From contig OZ024743.1 of the NCBI GenBank assembly GCA_964016885.1, forward strand, positions 135,160,001 through 135,224,000: DNA of 64,000 nt, given 5' to 3'. The notes beneath the pieces were generated by a model. The model made no database searches, was not told the DNA's origin, and saw nothing but the letters and a program-made list of their open reading frames with translations. Both the position numbers and the translations under genes were made by a program. The stretch is from Eledone cirrhosa (Eukaryota). Position 1 is the stretch's first letter. Each line of letters begins with the position of its first letter. Below are positions 24,901 through 37,900 of the stretch, in pieces.

Positions 24901-27900
24901 ATGCTTGGTGCTTGGTGCTTGGTGTTTGGTGTTTGGTGCTTGGTGCATGGTGTTTGTACTTGGTGTTTGGTGCTTGGTGCTTGGTTCTTGGTGTTTGGTG
25001 CTTGGTGCTTGGTGCTTGGTGCTTGGTGTTTGGTGCTTGGTGCTTGGTGTTTGGTGCTTGGTGCTTGGTGTAAGGTGTTAGGTGTTTGGTGCTTGGTGCT
25101 TGGTGTTTGGTGCTTGGTGCTTGGTGTTTGGTGATTGGTGCTTGCTGCTTGCTGCTTGAGGTTTGGTGCTTGGTGATTGGTGCTTGTTGTTTGGTGCTTG
25201 GTGCTTGGTGTTTGGTGTTTGGTGCTAGGTGCTTGGTGCTTGGTGCTTGGTGTTTGGTGCTTGGTGTTTGGTGCTTGGTACTTGGGGCTTGGTGTTTGGT
25301 GCTTGGTGCTTGGTTCTTGGTGTTTGGTGTTTGGTGTTTGGTGCTTGGTGCTTGGTGCTGGGTGGTTGGCGTTTGGTGATTGGTGCTTGGTGTTTGGTGC
25401 TTGGTGTTTGGTGCTTGGTGCTTGGTGCTTGGGGCTTGGTGTTTGGTGCTTGGTGCTTGGTGCCTGGTGCTTGGTGTTTGGTTTTTGGTGCTTGGTGTTT
25501 GGTCCTTGGTGCTTGGTGCTGGGTGGTTGGCGTTTAGTGCTTGGTGCTTGGTGTTTGGTGGTTGGTGCTTGGTGTTTGGTGCTTGGTGCTTGGTGATTAG
25601 TGTTTGGTGCTTGGTGCTTGGGGTTTGGTGTTCAGTGCTTGGTGCTTGGTGTTTGGTGCTTGGTGTTTGCTGTTTGGTGTTTGGTGTTTGGTGTTTGCTG
25701 TTTGCTGTCTGCTTTTTGGTGTTTGGTGTTTGCTGTATGGTGTTTGCTGTTTGGTGTTTGGTGTTTGCTGTTTGGTGTTTGGTGTTTGGTGTTTGGTGTT
25801 TCCTGTTTGGTCTTTGGTCTTTGGTGCTTGGTGTTTGGTGCTTGGTGCTTGGTGCTTGTTGTTTGGTGATTGGTGCTTGGCGCTTGGTGTTTGGTGTTTG
25901 GTGTTTGGTGCTTGGTGTCTGGTGCTTGGTGTTTGGTGTTTGGTGTTTGGTGCTTGGTGCTTGGTGCTTGGTGTTCGGTGTTTGGTGTTTGGTGCTTGGT
26001 GCTTGGTGTTTGGTGCTTGGTGCTTGGTGCTTGGTGTTTGGTGCTGCATGCTTGGTGTTTGGTGTTTGGTGCTTGGTGCTTGGTGCTTGGTATTTGGTGC
26101 TTGGTGCTTGGTGCTTGGTGATTAGTGTTTGGTGCTTGGTGCTTGGGGTTTGGTGTTTGGTGCTTGGTGCTTGGTGTTTGGTGCTTGGTACTTGGTGTTT
26201 GGTGCTTGGTGTTTGGTGTTTGCTGTTTGCTGTTTGGTGTTTGGTGTATGCTGTATGGTGTTTGCTGTTTCGTGTTTGGTCTTTGCTATTTGGTGTTTGG
26301 TCTTTGGTGTTTGGTGTTTGATGCTTGGTGCTTGGTGCTTGGTGTTCGATGCTTGGTGCTTGGTGTTTGGTGATTGGTGCTTGGTGCTTGCTGTTTGGTG
26401 TTTAGTGCTTGGTGCCTGGTGCTTGTTGTTTGGTGATTGGTGCTTGTTGTTTGGTGTTTGCCTTTTGCTGTTTGGTGTTTGGTGTTTGCCGTTTGGTGTT
26501 TAGTGCTTGGTGCTTGGTGCTTGGTGTTTGGTGCTTGGCGTTTGGTGCTTGGTGCTTGGTGTTTGGTGCCTGGTGCTTGTTGTTTGGTGCTTGTTGCTTG
26601 GTGTTTGGTGTTTGGTGTTTGGTGTTTAGTGCTTGGTGTTTGGTGCATTGTTCTTGGTTTTTGGTGTTTGGAGCTTGGTGTTTGGTGCTTGGAGCTTGGT
26701 GCTTCGTGTTTGGTGCTTGGTGCTTGGTGCTTGGTGTTTGGTGCTTGGTGTTTGGTGCTTGGTGCTTGGTGCTTGGTGCTTGGTGCTTGGTGCTTGGTGT
26801 TTGGTGCTTGGTGTTTGGTGTTTGCTGCTTGGTGTTTGGTGCTTGGTGTTTGGTGTTTGCTGCTTGGTGTTTGGTGCTTGGTGCTTGGTGCTTGGTGTTA
26901 GGTGTTTGGTGCTTGGTGTTTGGTGCTTGGTGTTTGGTGTTTGCTGCTTGGTGTTTGGTGCTTGGTGCTTGGTGTTAGGTGTTTGGTGCTTGGTGTTTGG
27001 TGTTTTGTGCTTGGTGCTTGGTGCTTGGTGTTTGGTGCTTGGTGCTTGGTGTTTGGTGCTTGGTGCCTGGTGCTTGGTGTTTGGTGCTTCGTGCTTGGTG
27101 CTTGGTGTTTGGTATTTGGTGCTTGGTGTTTGGTGCTTGGTGCTTGGTGTTTGATGCTTGGTGCTTGGTGTTTCGTGTTTGGTATTTGGTGCTTGGTGTT
27201 TGGTGCATGGTGCTTGGTGTTTGGTGCTTGGTGATTGGTGCTTGGTGTTTGGTGCTTGGTGCTTGGTGTTTGGTGTTTGGTGCTAGGTGCTTGGTGATTG
27301 GTGTTTGGTGCTTGGTGTTTGGTGCTTGGTACTTGGGGCTTGGTGTTTGGTGCTTGGTGCTAGGTGTTTGGTGTTTGGTATTTGGTGCTTGGTGTTTGGT
27401 GCATGGTGCTTGGTGTTTGGTGCTTGGTGATTGGTGCTTGGTGTTTGGTGCTTGGTGCTTGGTGTTTGGTGTTTGGTGCTAGGTGCTTGGTGCCTGGTGT
27501 TTGGTGCTTGGTGTTTGGTGCTTGGTACTTGGGGCTTGGTGTTTGGTGCTTGGTGCTTGGTGTTTGGTGTTTGGTGTTTGGTGCTTGGTGCTTGGTGCTG
27601 GGTGGTTGGCGTTTGGTGCTTGGTGCTTGGTGCTTGGTGTTTGTCGCTTGGTGCTTGGTGCTTGGTGTTTGGTGCTTGGTGTTTGGTGTTTGGTGCTTGG
27701 TGCTTGGTGTTTGGTGCTTGGTACTTGGTGTTTGGTGTTTGGTGTTTGCTGTTTGCTGTCTGCTTTTTGGTGTTTGGTGTTTGCTGTATGGTGTTTGATG
27801 TTTCGTGTTTGGTGTTTCCTGTTTGGTGTTTGGTGTTTGGTGTTTCCTGTTTGGTCTTTGGTCTTTGGTGATTGGTGTTTGGTGCTTGGTGCTTGGTGTT

Positions 27901-30800
27901 TGGTGTTTGGTGCTTGGTGCTTGGTGTTTGGTGTTTGGTGCTTGGTGCTTGGTGTTTGGTGTTTGGTGCTTGGTGCTTGTTGTTTGGTGATTGGTGCTTG
28001 GTGCTTGGTGTCTGGTGCTTGGTGTTTGGTGTTTGGTGTTTGGTGCTTGGTGCTTGGTGTTTTGTGTTTGGTGCTTGGTGCTTGGTGCCTGGTTCTTGGT
28101 GCTTGGTGCTTGTTGTGTGGTGCTTGGTGATTAATGTTTGGTGCTTGGTGCTTGGGATTTGCTGTTTGGTGCTTGGTGCTTAGTGTTTGGTGCTTGGTGT
28201 TTGGTGTTTCGTATTTGGTGTTTGGTGCTTGGTTTCTGGTGTTTGGTGTTTGGTGTTTGGTGCTTGGTGCTTGGTGTTTGGGTTTTGGGGCTTGGTGCTT
28301 GGTGTTTGGTGTTTGGTGCTTGGTGTTTGGTGTTTGGTGCTTGGTGTTTGGTGCTTGGTGCTTGGTGCTTGGTGTTTGGTGCTGGGTGCTTGATGATTGT
28401 GCTTGGTGCTTGGTGCTTGGTGCTTGGTGTTTGGTGTTTGGTGTTTGGTGTTTGATGCTTGGTGTTTGATACTTGTTGCTTGGTGCTTGGTGTTTTGTGT
28501 TTGGTGTTTGGTTCTTGGTGTATGTACTTGGTGCTTGGTGCTTGGTGTTTGGTGCTTGGTTCTTGGTGTTTGGTGATTGGTGCTTGGTGCTTGGTGTTTG
28601 GTGTTTAGTGCTTGGTGTTTGGTACTTGGTGCTTGGTGTTTGGTGTTTGGTGCTTGGTGCTTGGTGTTTGGTGCTTGGTGCTGGTGTTTGGTGTTTGGTG
28701 TTTGGTGCTTGGTGTTTGGTGCTTGGTGTTCGGTGCTTTGTGCTAGGTGCTTGGTGCTTGGTGTTTGATGTTTGGTCCTTGGTGCTTGGTGTTTGGTGTT
28801 TTGTGCTTGGTGCTTGGTGCTTGGTGTTTGGTGCTTGGTGCTTCGTGCTTGGTGTTTGGCGTTTGCTGTTTACTGTTTGGTGTTTGGTGTTTGCTGTTTG
28901 ATGTTTGCTGTTTTGTGTTTGGTGTTTGGTGCTTGCTGTTTGGTGCTTGGTGCTTGGTGTTTGGTGTTTGGTGTTTGGTGCTTGGTGCTTGGTGTTTGGT
29001 GGTTGGTGCTTGGTGCTGGGTGTTTGGTGCTTGGTGCTTGGTGTTTGGTGCTTGGTGCTTGGTGCTTGGTGTTTGGTCCTTGGTGCTTGGTGCTTGGTCT
29101 TTGGTGCTTGGGGTTTGGTGTTTGGTGCTTGGTGCTTGGTGTTTGGTGCTTGGTGCTTAGTGCTTGGTGCTTGGTGTTTGGTGCTTGCTGCTTGGTGCTT
29201 GGTGATTGGTGCTTGGTGCTTGGTGATTAGTGTTTGGTGATTGGTGCTTGGGGTTTGCTGTTTGGTGCTTGGTGTTTGGTGCTTGGTGCTTGGTGATTGG
29301 TGTTTGGTGATTGGTGCTTGGGGTTTGGTGTTTGATGCTTGGTGCTTGGTTTTTTGGTGTTTGGTGCTTGGTACCTGGTGCTTGTTGTTTGGTGTTTGGT
29401 GCTTGGTGCTTGGTGCTTGGTGTTTGGTGCTTGGTGTCTGGTGTTTGGTGCTTGGTGTTTGGTGTTTGGTGCTTGGTGCTTGGTGCTTGGTGTTTGGTGT
29501 TTGCTGCTTGGTGCTTGGTGTTTGGTGCTTGGTGTTTGGTGTTTGGTGTTTGATGCTTGGTGTTTGCTGCTTGGTGCTTGGTGCTTGGTGTTTTGTGTTT
29601 GGTGCTTGGTGTTTTGTGTTTGGTGCTTGGTGCTTGGTGCCTGGTGCTTGGTCCTTGGTGCTTGGTGTTTGGTGCTTGGTTCTTGGTGTTTGGTGATTGG
29701 TGCTTGGTGCTTGGTGTTTGGTGCTTGGTGCTTGGTGTTTAGTAGTTGGTGCTTGGTGCTTGGTGTTAAGTGTTTGGGGCTTGGAGCTTGGTCCATGGTG
29801 CTTGGTGTTTGGTGCTTGGTGCCTGGTGCTTGGTGTTTGGTGCTTGGTGCTTGGTGCTTGGTGTTTGGTGCTTGGTGTTTGGTGCTTGGTGCTTGGTGTT
29901 TGGTGCTTGGTGTTTGGTGCTTGGTGTTCAGTGCTTGGTGCTTGGTGCTTGGTGCTTGGTGTTAGGTGTTTGGTGCTTGGTGCTTGGTGTATGATGTTTG
30001 GTCCTTGGTGCTTGGTGTTTGGTGCTTGGTTCTTGGTGTTTGGTGTTTGGTGCTTGCTGCTTGCTGCTTGGTGTTTGGTGCTTGGTGATTGGTGCTTGGT
30101 GTTTGCTGCTTGGTGCTTGGTGTTTGGTGTTTGGTGCTAGGTGCTTGGTGCTTGGTGTTTGGTGCTTGGTGCTTGGTGCTTGGTGTTTGGCGTTTGGTGC
30201 TTGGTGCTTGGTGTTTGGTGCTTGGTGCTTGGTTTTTGGTCTTTGGTGCTTGGTACCTGGTGCTTGTTGTTTGGTGTTTGGTGCTTGGTGCTTGGTGTTT
30301 GGTGCTTGGTGTCTGGTGCTGGGTGTTTGTTGCTTGGTGCTTGGTGTTTGGTGCTTGGTGCTTGGTGCTTGGTGTTTGGTCCTTGGTGCTTGGTGCTTGG
30401 TCTTTGGTGCTTGGGGTTTGGTGTTTGGTGCTTGGTGCTTGGTGTTTGGTGCTAGGTGCTTAGTGCTTGGTGCTTGGTGTTTGGTGCTTGCTGCTTGGTG
30501 CTTGGTGATTGGTGCTTGGTGCTTGGTGATTAGTATTTGGTGATTGGTGCTTGGGGTTTGCTGTTTGGTGCTTGGTGTTTGGTGCTTGGTGCTTGGTGAT
30601 TAGTGTTTGGTGATTGGTGCTTGGGGTTTGGTGTTTGATGCTTTGTGCTTGGTTTTTGGTGTTTGGTGCTTGGTACCTGGTGCTTGTTGTTTGGTGTTTG
30701 GTGCTTGGTGCTTGGTGCTTGGTGTTTGGTGCTTGGTGTCTGGTGTTTGGTGCTTGGTGTTTGGTGTTTGGTGCTTGGTGCTTGGTACTTGGTGTTTGGT
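18960..30800 (+). repeat. Macro-unit copy 2 (~11.2 kb directly homologous to copy 1, plus ~0.7 kb tail)
   Basis: Rare markers appear in the same order as in copy 1, e.g. GCATGC 11101/22393, GTGATGGTTC 12609/23901, GTCTACTTTT 13072/24364, TTGTCGC 16418/27640, GATTAATG 16907/28129. Confidence 0.9.
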
Positions 30801-31330
30801 GTTTGCTGCTTGGTGCTTGGTGTTTGGTGCTTGGTGTTTGCTGCTTGGTGCTTGGTGTTTTGTGTTTGGTGCTTGGTGCATGGTGCTTGGTGTTTGGTGT
30901 TTGGTGCTTGGTGTTTGGTGCTTGGAGCTTGGTGCTTCATGTTTGGTGCTTGGTGATTGGTGCTTGGTGTTTGGTGCAGGGTGCTTGGTACTTGGTGTTT
31001 GGTGTTTGCTGCTTGGTGCTTGGTGTTTTGTGTTTGGTGCTTGGTGCATGGTGCTTGGTGTTTGGTGTTTGGTGCTTGGTGTTTGGTGCTTGGAGCTTGG
31101 TGCTTCATGTTTGGTGCTTGGTGCTTGGTGTTTGGTGTTTGGTGCTTGGTGCTTGGTACTTGGTGTTTGGTGTTTGCTGCTTGGTGCTTGGTGTTTGATG
31201 CTTGGTGTTTGCTGCTTGGTGCTTGGTGTTTTGTGTTTGGTGCTTGGTGCATGGTGCTTGGTGTTTGGTGTTTGGTGCTTGGTGTTTGGTGCTTGGAGCT
31301 TGGTGCTTCATGTTTGGTGCTTGGTGATTG
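30780..31330 (+). repeat. Short triplication at the junction between macro-unit copies 2 and 3 (spacings 168 and 203 bp)
   Basis: The GCATGG...GGAGCTTGGTGCTTCATG segment occurs three times, with CAT at 30938, 31106 and 31309. Confidence 0.85.
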
Positions 31331-31949
31331 GTGCTTGGTGTTTGGTGCAGGGTGCTTGGTGTTTGGTGCTTGGTGTTTGGTGTTTGGTTTTTGATGCTTG
31401 GTGTTTGATGCTTGGTGCTTGGTGCTTGGTGTTTGGTGTTTGGTGCTTGGTGTTTGTACTTGGTGCTTGGTGCTTGGTGCTTGGTTCTTGGTGTTTGGTG
31501 CTTGGTGCTTGGTGCTTGGTGTTTGGTGCTTGGTGTTTGGTGCTTGGTGCTTGGTGTTAGGTGTTTGGTGTTTGGTGTTTGGTGCTTGGTGCTTGGTGCT
31601 TGGTGTTTGGTGCTTGGTGCTTGGTGTTTGGTGCTTGGTGCCTGGTGCTTGGTGTTTGGTGGTTGGTGTTTGGTGCTTGGTGCTTGGTGTAAGGTGTTAG
31701 GTGTTTGGTGCTTGGTGCTTGGTCTTTGGTGCTTGGTGCTTGGAGTTTGGTGTTTGGTGCTTGCTGCTTGCTGCTTGGGGTTTGGTGCTTGGTGATTGGT
31801 GCTTGGTGTTTGGTGCTTGGTGCTTGGTGTTTGGTGTTTGGTGCTAGGTGCTTGGTGCTTGGTGCTTGGTGTTTGGTGCTTGGTGTTTGGTGTTTGGTAC
31901 TTGGGGCTTGGTGTTTGGTGCTTGGTGCTTGGTGCTTGGTGTTTGGTGT

Positions 31950-34900
31950 TTGGTGTTTGGTGCTTGGTGCTTGGTGCTTGGTGCTTGGTGCTTGGTGTTT
32001 GGTGTTTGGTGTTTGGTGCTTGGTGCTTGGTGCCTGGTGCTTGGTGTTTTGTGTTTGGTGCTTGGTGCTTGGTGCTGGGTTGTTGGCGTTTGGTGCTTGG
32101 TGCTTGGTGTTTGGTGCTTGGTGCTTGGTGTTTGGTGTTTGGTGCTTGGTGCTTGGTCTTTGGTGCTTGTTGTTTGGTGTTTGGTGGTTGGTGCTTCGTG
32201 TTTGCTGCTTGGTGCTTGGTGATTAGTGTTTGGTGCTTGGTGCTTGGGGTTTGGTGTTTGGTGCTTGGTGCTTGGTGTTTGGTGCTTGGTGCTTGGTGTT
32301 TGGTGCTTGGTGTTTGGTGTTTGCTGTTTGGTGTTTGCTGTTTGCTATTTGCTGTCTGCTTTTTGGTTTTTGGTGTTTGCTGTATGGTGTTTGCTGTTTC
32401 GTGTTTGGTGTTTGCTGTTTGGTGTTTGGTGTTTGGTGTTTGGTGTTTCCTGTTTGGTCTTTGGTCTTTGGTGCTTGTTGTTTGGTGCTTGGTGCTTGGT
32501 GTTTGGTGTTTGATGCTTGGTGCTTGGTGTTTGTTGTTTGGTGCTTGGTGCTTGTTGTTTGGTGATTGGTGCTTGGTGCTTGGTGTTGGGTGTTTGGTGC
32601 TTGGTGCCTGGTGCTTGTTGTTTGGTGATTGGTGCTTGGTGCTTGGTGTTTGGTGTTTGGTGTTTGGTGTTTGGTGCTTGGTGTTTGGTTTTTGGTGCTA
32701 GGTGCTTGGTGCTTGGTGCAGGGTGCTTGGTGTTTGGTGTAAGGTGCTTGGTGCTTGGGGCTTGGTGTTTGGTGCTTGGTGCTTGGTGCTTGGTCTTTGG
32801 TGCTTGGTCTTTGGTGTTTGGTGCTTGGTGCTTGGTGCTTGGTGTTTGGTGCTTGGTGCTTGGTGATTAGTGTTTGGTGCTTGGTGCTTGGGATTTGGTG
32901 TTTGGTGCTTGGTGCTTGGTGTTTGGTGCTTGGTAATTGGTGTTTGGTGCTTGGTGTTTGGTGTTTGCTGTTTGCTGTTTGGTGTTTGGTGTTTGCTTTT
33001 TGGTGTTTGGTGTTTGCTGTATGGTGTTTGGTGTTTGCTGTATGGTGTTTGCTGTTTCGTGTTTGGTGTTTGCTGTTTGGTGTTTGGTCTTTGGTGCTAG
33101 GTGTTTGGTGCTTGGTGCTTGGTGTTTGGTGTTTGGTGCTTGGTGCTTGGTGTTTGGTGTTTAGTGCTTGGTGCCTGGTGCTTGTTGTTTGGTGATTGGT
33201 GCTTGGTGTTTGGTGTTTGCTGTTTGGTGTTTGGTGTTTGGTGTTTGCCGTTTGGTGTTTGGTGCATGGTGCTTGGTGTTTGGTGCCTGGTGCTTGTTGT
33301 TTGGTGCTTGGTGCTTGGTGTTTAGTGCTTGGTGTTTGGTGTTTGATGCTTGGTGCTTGGTGCTTGGTGTTTGGTGTTTGGTGCTTGGTGCTTGGTGTTT
33401 GTACTTGGTGCTTGGTGCTTGGTGCGTGGTGTTTGGTGCTTGGTGCTTGGTGCTTGGTGTTTGGTTCTTGGTGTTTGGTGCTTGGTGCTTGGTGCTTGGT
33501 GTTTGGTGCTTGGTGCTTGGTGTTTGGTGCTTGGTGCCTGGTGCTTGGTGTTTGGTGCTTGGTGTTTGGTGCTTGGTGCTTGGTGCTTGGTGTAAGGTGT
33601 TAGGTGTTTGGTGCTTGGTGTTTGGTGCTTGGTGCTTGGTGTTTGGTGCAGGGTGCTTGCTGCTTGCTGCCTGGTGTTTGGTGCTTGGTGATTGGTGCTA
33701 GGTGCTTGGTGCTTGGTGTTTGGTGCTTGGTGTTTGGTGCTTGGTACTTGGGCCTTGGTGTTTGGTGCTTGGTGCTTGGTGCTTGGTGTTTGGTGTTTGG
33801 TGTTTGGTGCTTGGTGCTTGGAGCTGGGTGGTTGGCGTTTGGTGCTTGGTGCTTGGTGTTTGGTGCTTGGTGCTTGGTGTTTGGTGCTTGGTGCTTGGTG
33901 CTTGGGGCTTGGTGTTTGGTGCTTGGTGCTTGGTGCCTGGTGCTTGGTGTTTGGTTTTTGGTGCTTGGTATTTGGTGCTTGGTGCTTGGTGCTGGGTGGT
34001 TGGCGTTTAGTGCTTGGTGCTTGGTGTTTGGTGCTTGGTGCTTGGTGTTTGGTGCTTGGTGCTTGGTCATTGATGCTTGGTGTTTGGTGTTTGGTGGTTG
34101 GTGCTTGGTGTTTGGTGCTTGGTGCTTGGTGATTAGTGTTTGGTGCTTGGTGCTTTGGGTTTGGTGTCGGTGCTTGGTGCTTGGTGTTTGGTGCTTGGTG
34201 TTTGCTGTTTGGTGTTTGCTGTTTCGTGTTTGCTGTTTCGTGTTTGGTGTTTGGTGTTTGGTGTTTCCTGTTTGGTCTTTGGTCTTTGGTGCTTGGTGTT
34301 TGGTGCTTGGTGCTTGGTGCTTGTTGTTTGGTGATTGGTGCTTGGTGCTTGGTGTTTGGTGTTTGGTGTTTGGTGCTTGGTGTCTGGTGCTTGGTGTTTG
34401 GTGTTTGGTGCTTGGTGATTGGTGCTTGGTGTTTGGTGTTTGGTGTTTGGTGCTTGGTGCTTGGTGTTTGGTGCTTGGTGCTTGGTGCTTGGTGTTTGGT
34501 GCTGCATGCTTGGTGTTTTGTGTTTGGTGCTTGGTGCTTGGTATTTGGTGCTTGGTGCTTGGTGCTTGGTGATTAGTGTTTGGTGCTTGGTGCTTGGGGT
34601 TTGGTGTTTGGTGCTTGGTGCTTGGTGTTTGGTGCTTGGTACTTGGTGTTTGGTGCTTGGTGTTTGGTGTTTGCTGTTTGATGTTTGGTGTTTGGTGTTT
34701 GGTGTTTGCTGTATGGTGTTTGCTGTTTCGTGTTTGGTCTTTGCTGTTTGGTGTTTGGTCTTTGGTGCTTGGTGTTTGGTGCTTGGTGCTTGGTGTTTGG
34801 TGTTTGGTGCTTGGTGCTTGCTGTTTGGTGTTTAGTGCTTGGTGCCTGGTGCTTGTTGTTTGGTGATTGGTGCTTGGTTTTTGGTGTTTGCTGTTTGCTG

Positions 34901-37900
34901 TTTGGTGTTTGGTGTTTGCCGTTTGGTGTTTGGTGCTTGGTGCTTGGTGCTTGGTGTTTGGTGCTTGGCGTTTGGTGCTTGGTGCTTGGTGTTTGGTGCC
35001 TGGTGCTTGTTGTTTGGTACTTGTTGCTTGGTGTTTGGTGTTTGGTGTTTGGTGTTTAGTGCTTGGTGTTTGGTGCATTGTTCTTGGTGTTTGGTGTTTG
35101 GAGCTTGGTGTTTGGTGCTTGGAGCTTGGTGCTTCGTGTTTGGTGCTTGGTGCTTGGTGCTTGGTGTTTGGTGCTTGGTGTTTGGTGTTTGGTTTTTGAT
35201 GCTTGGTGTTTGATGCTTGGTGCTTGGTGCTTGGTGTTTGGTTTTTGGTGCTTGGTGCTTGGTGCTTGGTGCTTGGTGTTTGGTGCTTGGTGTTTGGTGT
35301 TTGCTGCTTGGTGTTTGGTGCTTGGTGCTTGGTGCTTGGTGTTAGGTGATGGTGCTTGGTGTTTGGTGCTTCGTGCTTGGTGCTTGGTGTTTGGTGCTTG
35401 GTGCTTGGTGTTTGGTGCTTGGTGCCTGCTGCTTGGTGTTTGGTGCTTGGTGCTTGGTGTTTGGTGTTTGGTGCTTGGTGTTTGGTGCTTGGTGCTTGGT
35501 GTTTGGTGCTTGGTGCTTGGTGTTTGGTGTTTGGTATTTGGTGCTTGGTGTTTGGTGCTTGGTGCTTGGTGTTTGGTGCTTGGTGATTGGTGCTTGGTGC
35601 TTGGTGCTTGGTGTTTGGTGTTTGGTGCTAGGTGCTTGGTGCTTGGTGTTTGGTGCTCGGTGTTTGGTGCTTGGTACTTGGGTCTTGGTGTTTGGTGCTT
35701 GGTGCTTGGTGTTTGGTGTTTGGTGTTTGGTGTTTGGTGCTTGGTGCTTGGTGCTGGGTGGTTGGCGTTTGGTGCTTGGTGCTTGGTGTTTGGTGCTTGG
35801 TGCTTGGTGTTTGGTGCTTGGTGCTTGGTGCTTGGGGCTTGGTGTTTGGTGCTTGGTGCTTGGTGCTTGGTGTTTGGGGCTTGGTGCTTGGTGTTTGATG
35901 CTTGGTGCTTGGTGTTTGGTGTTTGCTGTTTGGTGTTTGGTGTTTGGTGTTTGCTGTTTGGTGTTTGCTGCTTGGTGTTTGGTGCTTGGTGCTTGGTGCT
36001 GGGTGGTTGGCGTTTGGTGCTTGGTGCTTGGTGTTTGGTGCTTGGTGTTTGGTGTTTGGTGCTTGGTGTTTGGTGTTTGGTGCTTGGTGCTTGGTGTTTG
36101 GTGTTTGGTGTTTGGTGCTTGGTGCTTGGTCTTTGGTGCTTGCTGCTTGGTGCTTGGTCTTTGGTGCTTGGTGCTTGGTGGTTGGTGTTTGGTGCTGCAT
36201 GCTTGGTGTTTGGTGTTTGGTTCTTGGTGCTTGGTGCTTGGTATTTGGTGCTTGGTGCTTGGTGCTTGGTGATTAGTGTTTGGTGCTTGGTGCTTGGAGT
36301 TTGGTGTTTGGTGCTTGGTGCTTGGTGTTTGGTGTTTGGTACTTGGTGTTTGGTGCTTGGTGTTTGGTGTTTGCTGTTTGGTTCTTGGTGCTTGGTGCTT
36401 GGTATTTGGTGCTTGGTGCTTGGTGCTTGGTGATTAGAGTTTGGTGCTTGGTGCTTGGTGTTTGGTGCTTAGTGCTTGGTGTTTGGTGTTTGGTACTTGG
36501 TGTTTGGTGCTTGGTGTTTGGTGTTTGCTGTTTGCTGTTTGTTGTTTGGTGTTTGGTGTTTGCTGTATGGTGTTTGCTGTTTCGTGTTTGGTCTTTGCTG
36601 TTTGGTGTTTAGTCTTTGGTGCTTGGTGTTTGGTGCTTGGTGCTTGGTGTTTGGTGTTTGGTTTTTGCTGTTTGGTGTCTACTTTTTGGTGTTTGGTGTT
36701 TGCTGTATGGTGTTTGCTGTTTCGTGTTTGGTGTTTGCTGTTTGGTGTTTGGTCTTTGGTGCTTGGTGTTTGGTGCTTGGTGCTTGGTTTTTGGTGTTTA
36801 GTGCTTGGTGCCTGGTGCTTGTTGTTTTGTGATTGGTGCTTGGTGTTTGGTGCTTGGCGTTTGGTGTTTGGTGTTTGCCGTTTGGTGTTTGGTGCTTGGT
36901 GCTTGGTGCTTGGTGTTTGGTGCTTGGCGTTTGGTGCTTGGTGCTTGGTGTTTGGTGCCTGGTGCTTGTTGTTTGGTGCTTGGTGCTTGGTGTTTAGTGC
37001 TTGGTGTTTGGTGTTTGGTGCTTGGTGCTTGGTGTTTGGTGTTTGGTGCTTGGTGCATGGTGCTTGGTGTTTGGTGTTTGGTGCTTGGTGTTTGGTGCTT
37101 GGAGCTTGGTGCTTCGTGTTTGGTGCTTGGTGATTGGTGCTTGGTGTTTGGTGCAGGGTGCTTGGTGTTTGGTGCTTGGTGTTTGGTGTTTGGTTTTTGA
37201 TGCTTGGTGTTTGATGCTTGGTGCTTGGTGCTTGGTGTTTGGTGTTTGGTGCATGGTGTTTGGTGCTTGGTGCTTGGTGTTTGGTGTTTGGTGTTTGGTG
37301 CTTGGTGCTTGGTGCTTGGTGTTTGGTGCTTGGTGCTTGGTGTTTGGTGCTTGCTGCTTGGTGTAAGGTGTTAGGTGTTTGGTGCTTGGTGCTTGGTGTT
37401 TGGTGCTTGGTGCTTGGTGTTTGGTGTTTGGTTCTTGCTGCTTGCTGCTTGGGGTTTGGTGCTTGGTGATTGGTGCTTGTTGTTTGGTGCTTGGTGCTTG
37501 GTGTTTGGTGTTTGGTGCTAGGTGCTTGGTGCTTGGTGCTTGGTGTTTGGTGCTTGGTGTTTGGTGCTTGGTACTTGGGGCTTGGTGTTTGGTGCTTGGT
37601 GCTTGGTGCTTGGTGTTTGGTGTTTGGTGTTTGGTGCTTGGTGCTTGGTGCTGGGTGGTTGGCGTTTGGTGATTGGTGCTTGGTGTTTGGTGCTTGGTGT
37701 TTGGTGCTTGGTGCTTGGTGCTTGGGGCTTGGTGTTTGGTGCTTGGTGCTTGGTGCCTGGTGCTTGGTGTTTGGTTTTTGGTGCTTGGTGTTTGGTCCTT
37801 GGTGCATGGTGCTGGGTGGTTGGCGTTTAGTGCTTGGTGCTTGGTGTTTGGTGGTTGGTGCTTGGTGTTTGGTGCTTGGTGTTTGGTGCTTGGTGTTTGC

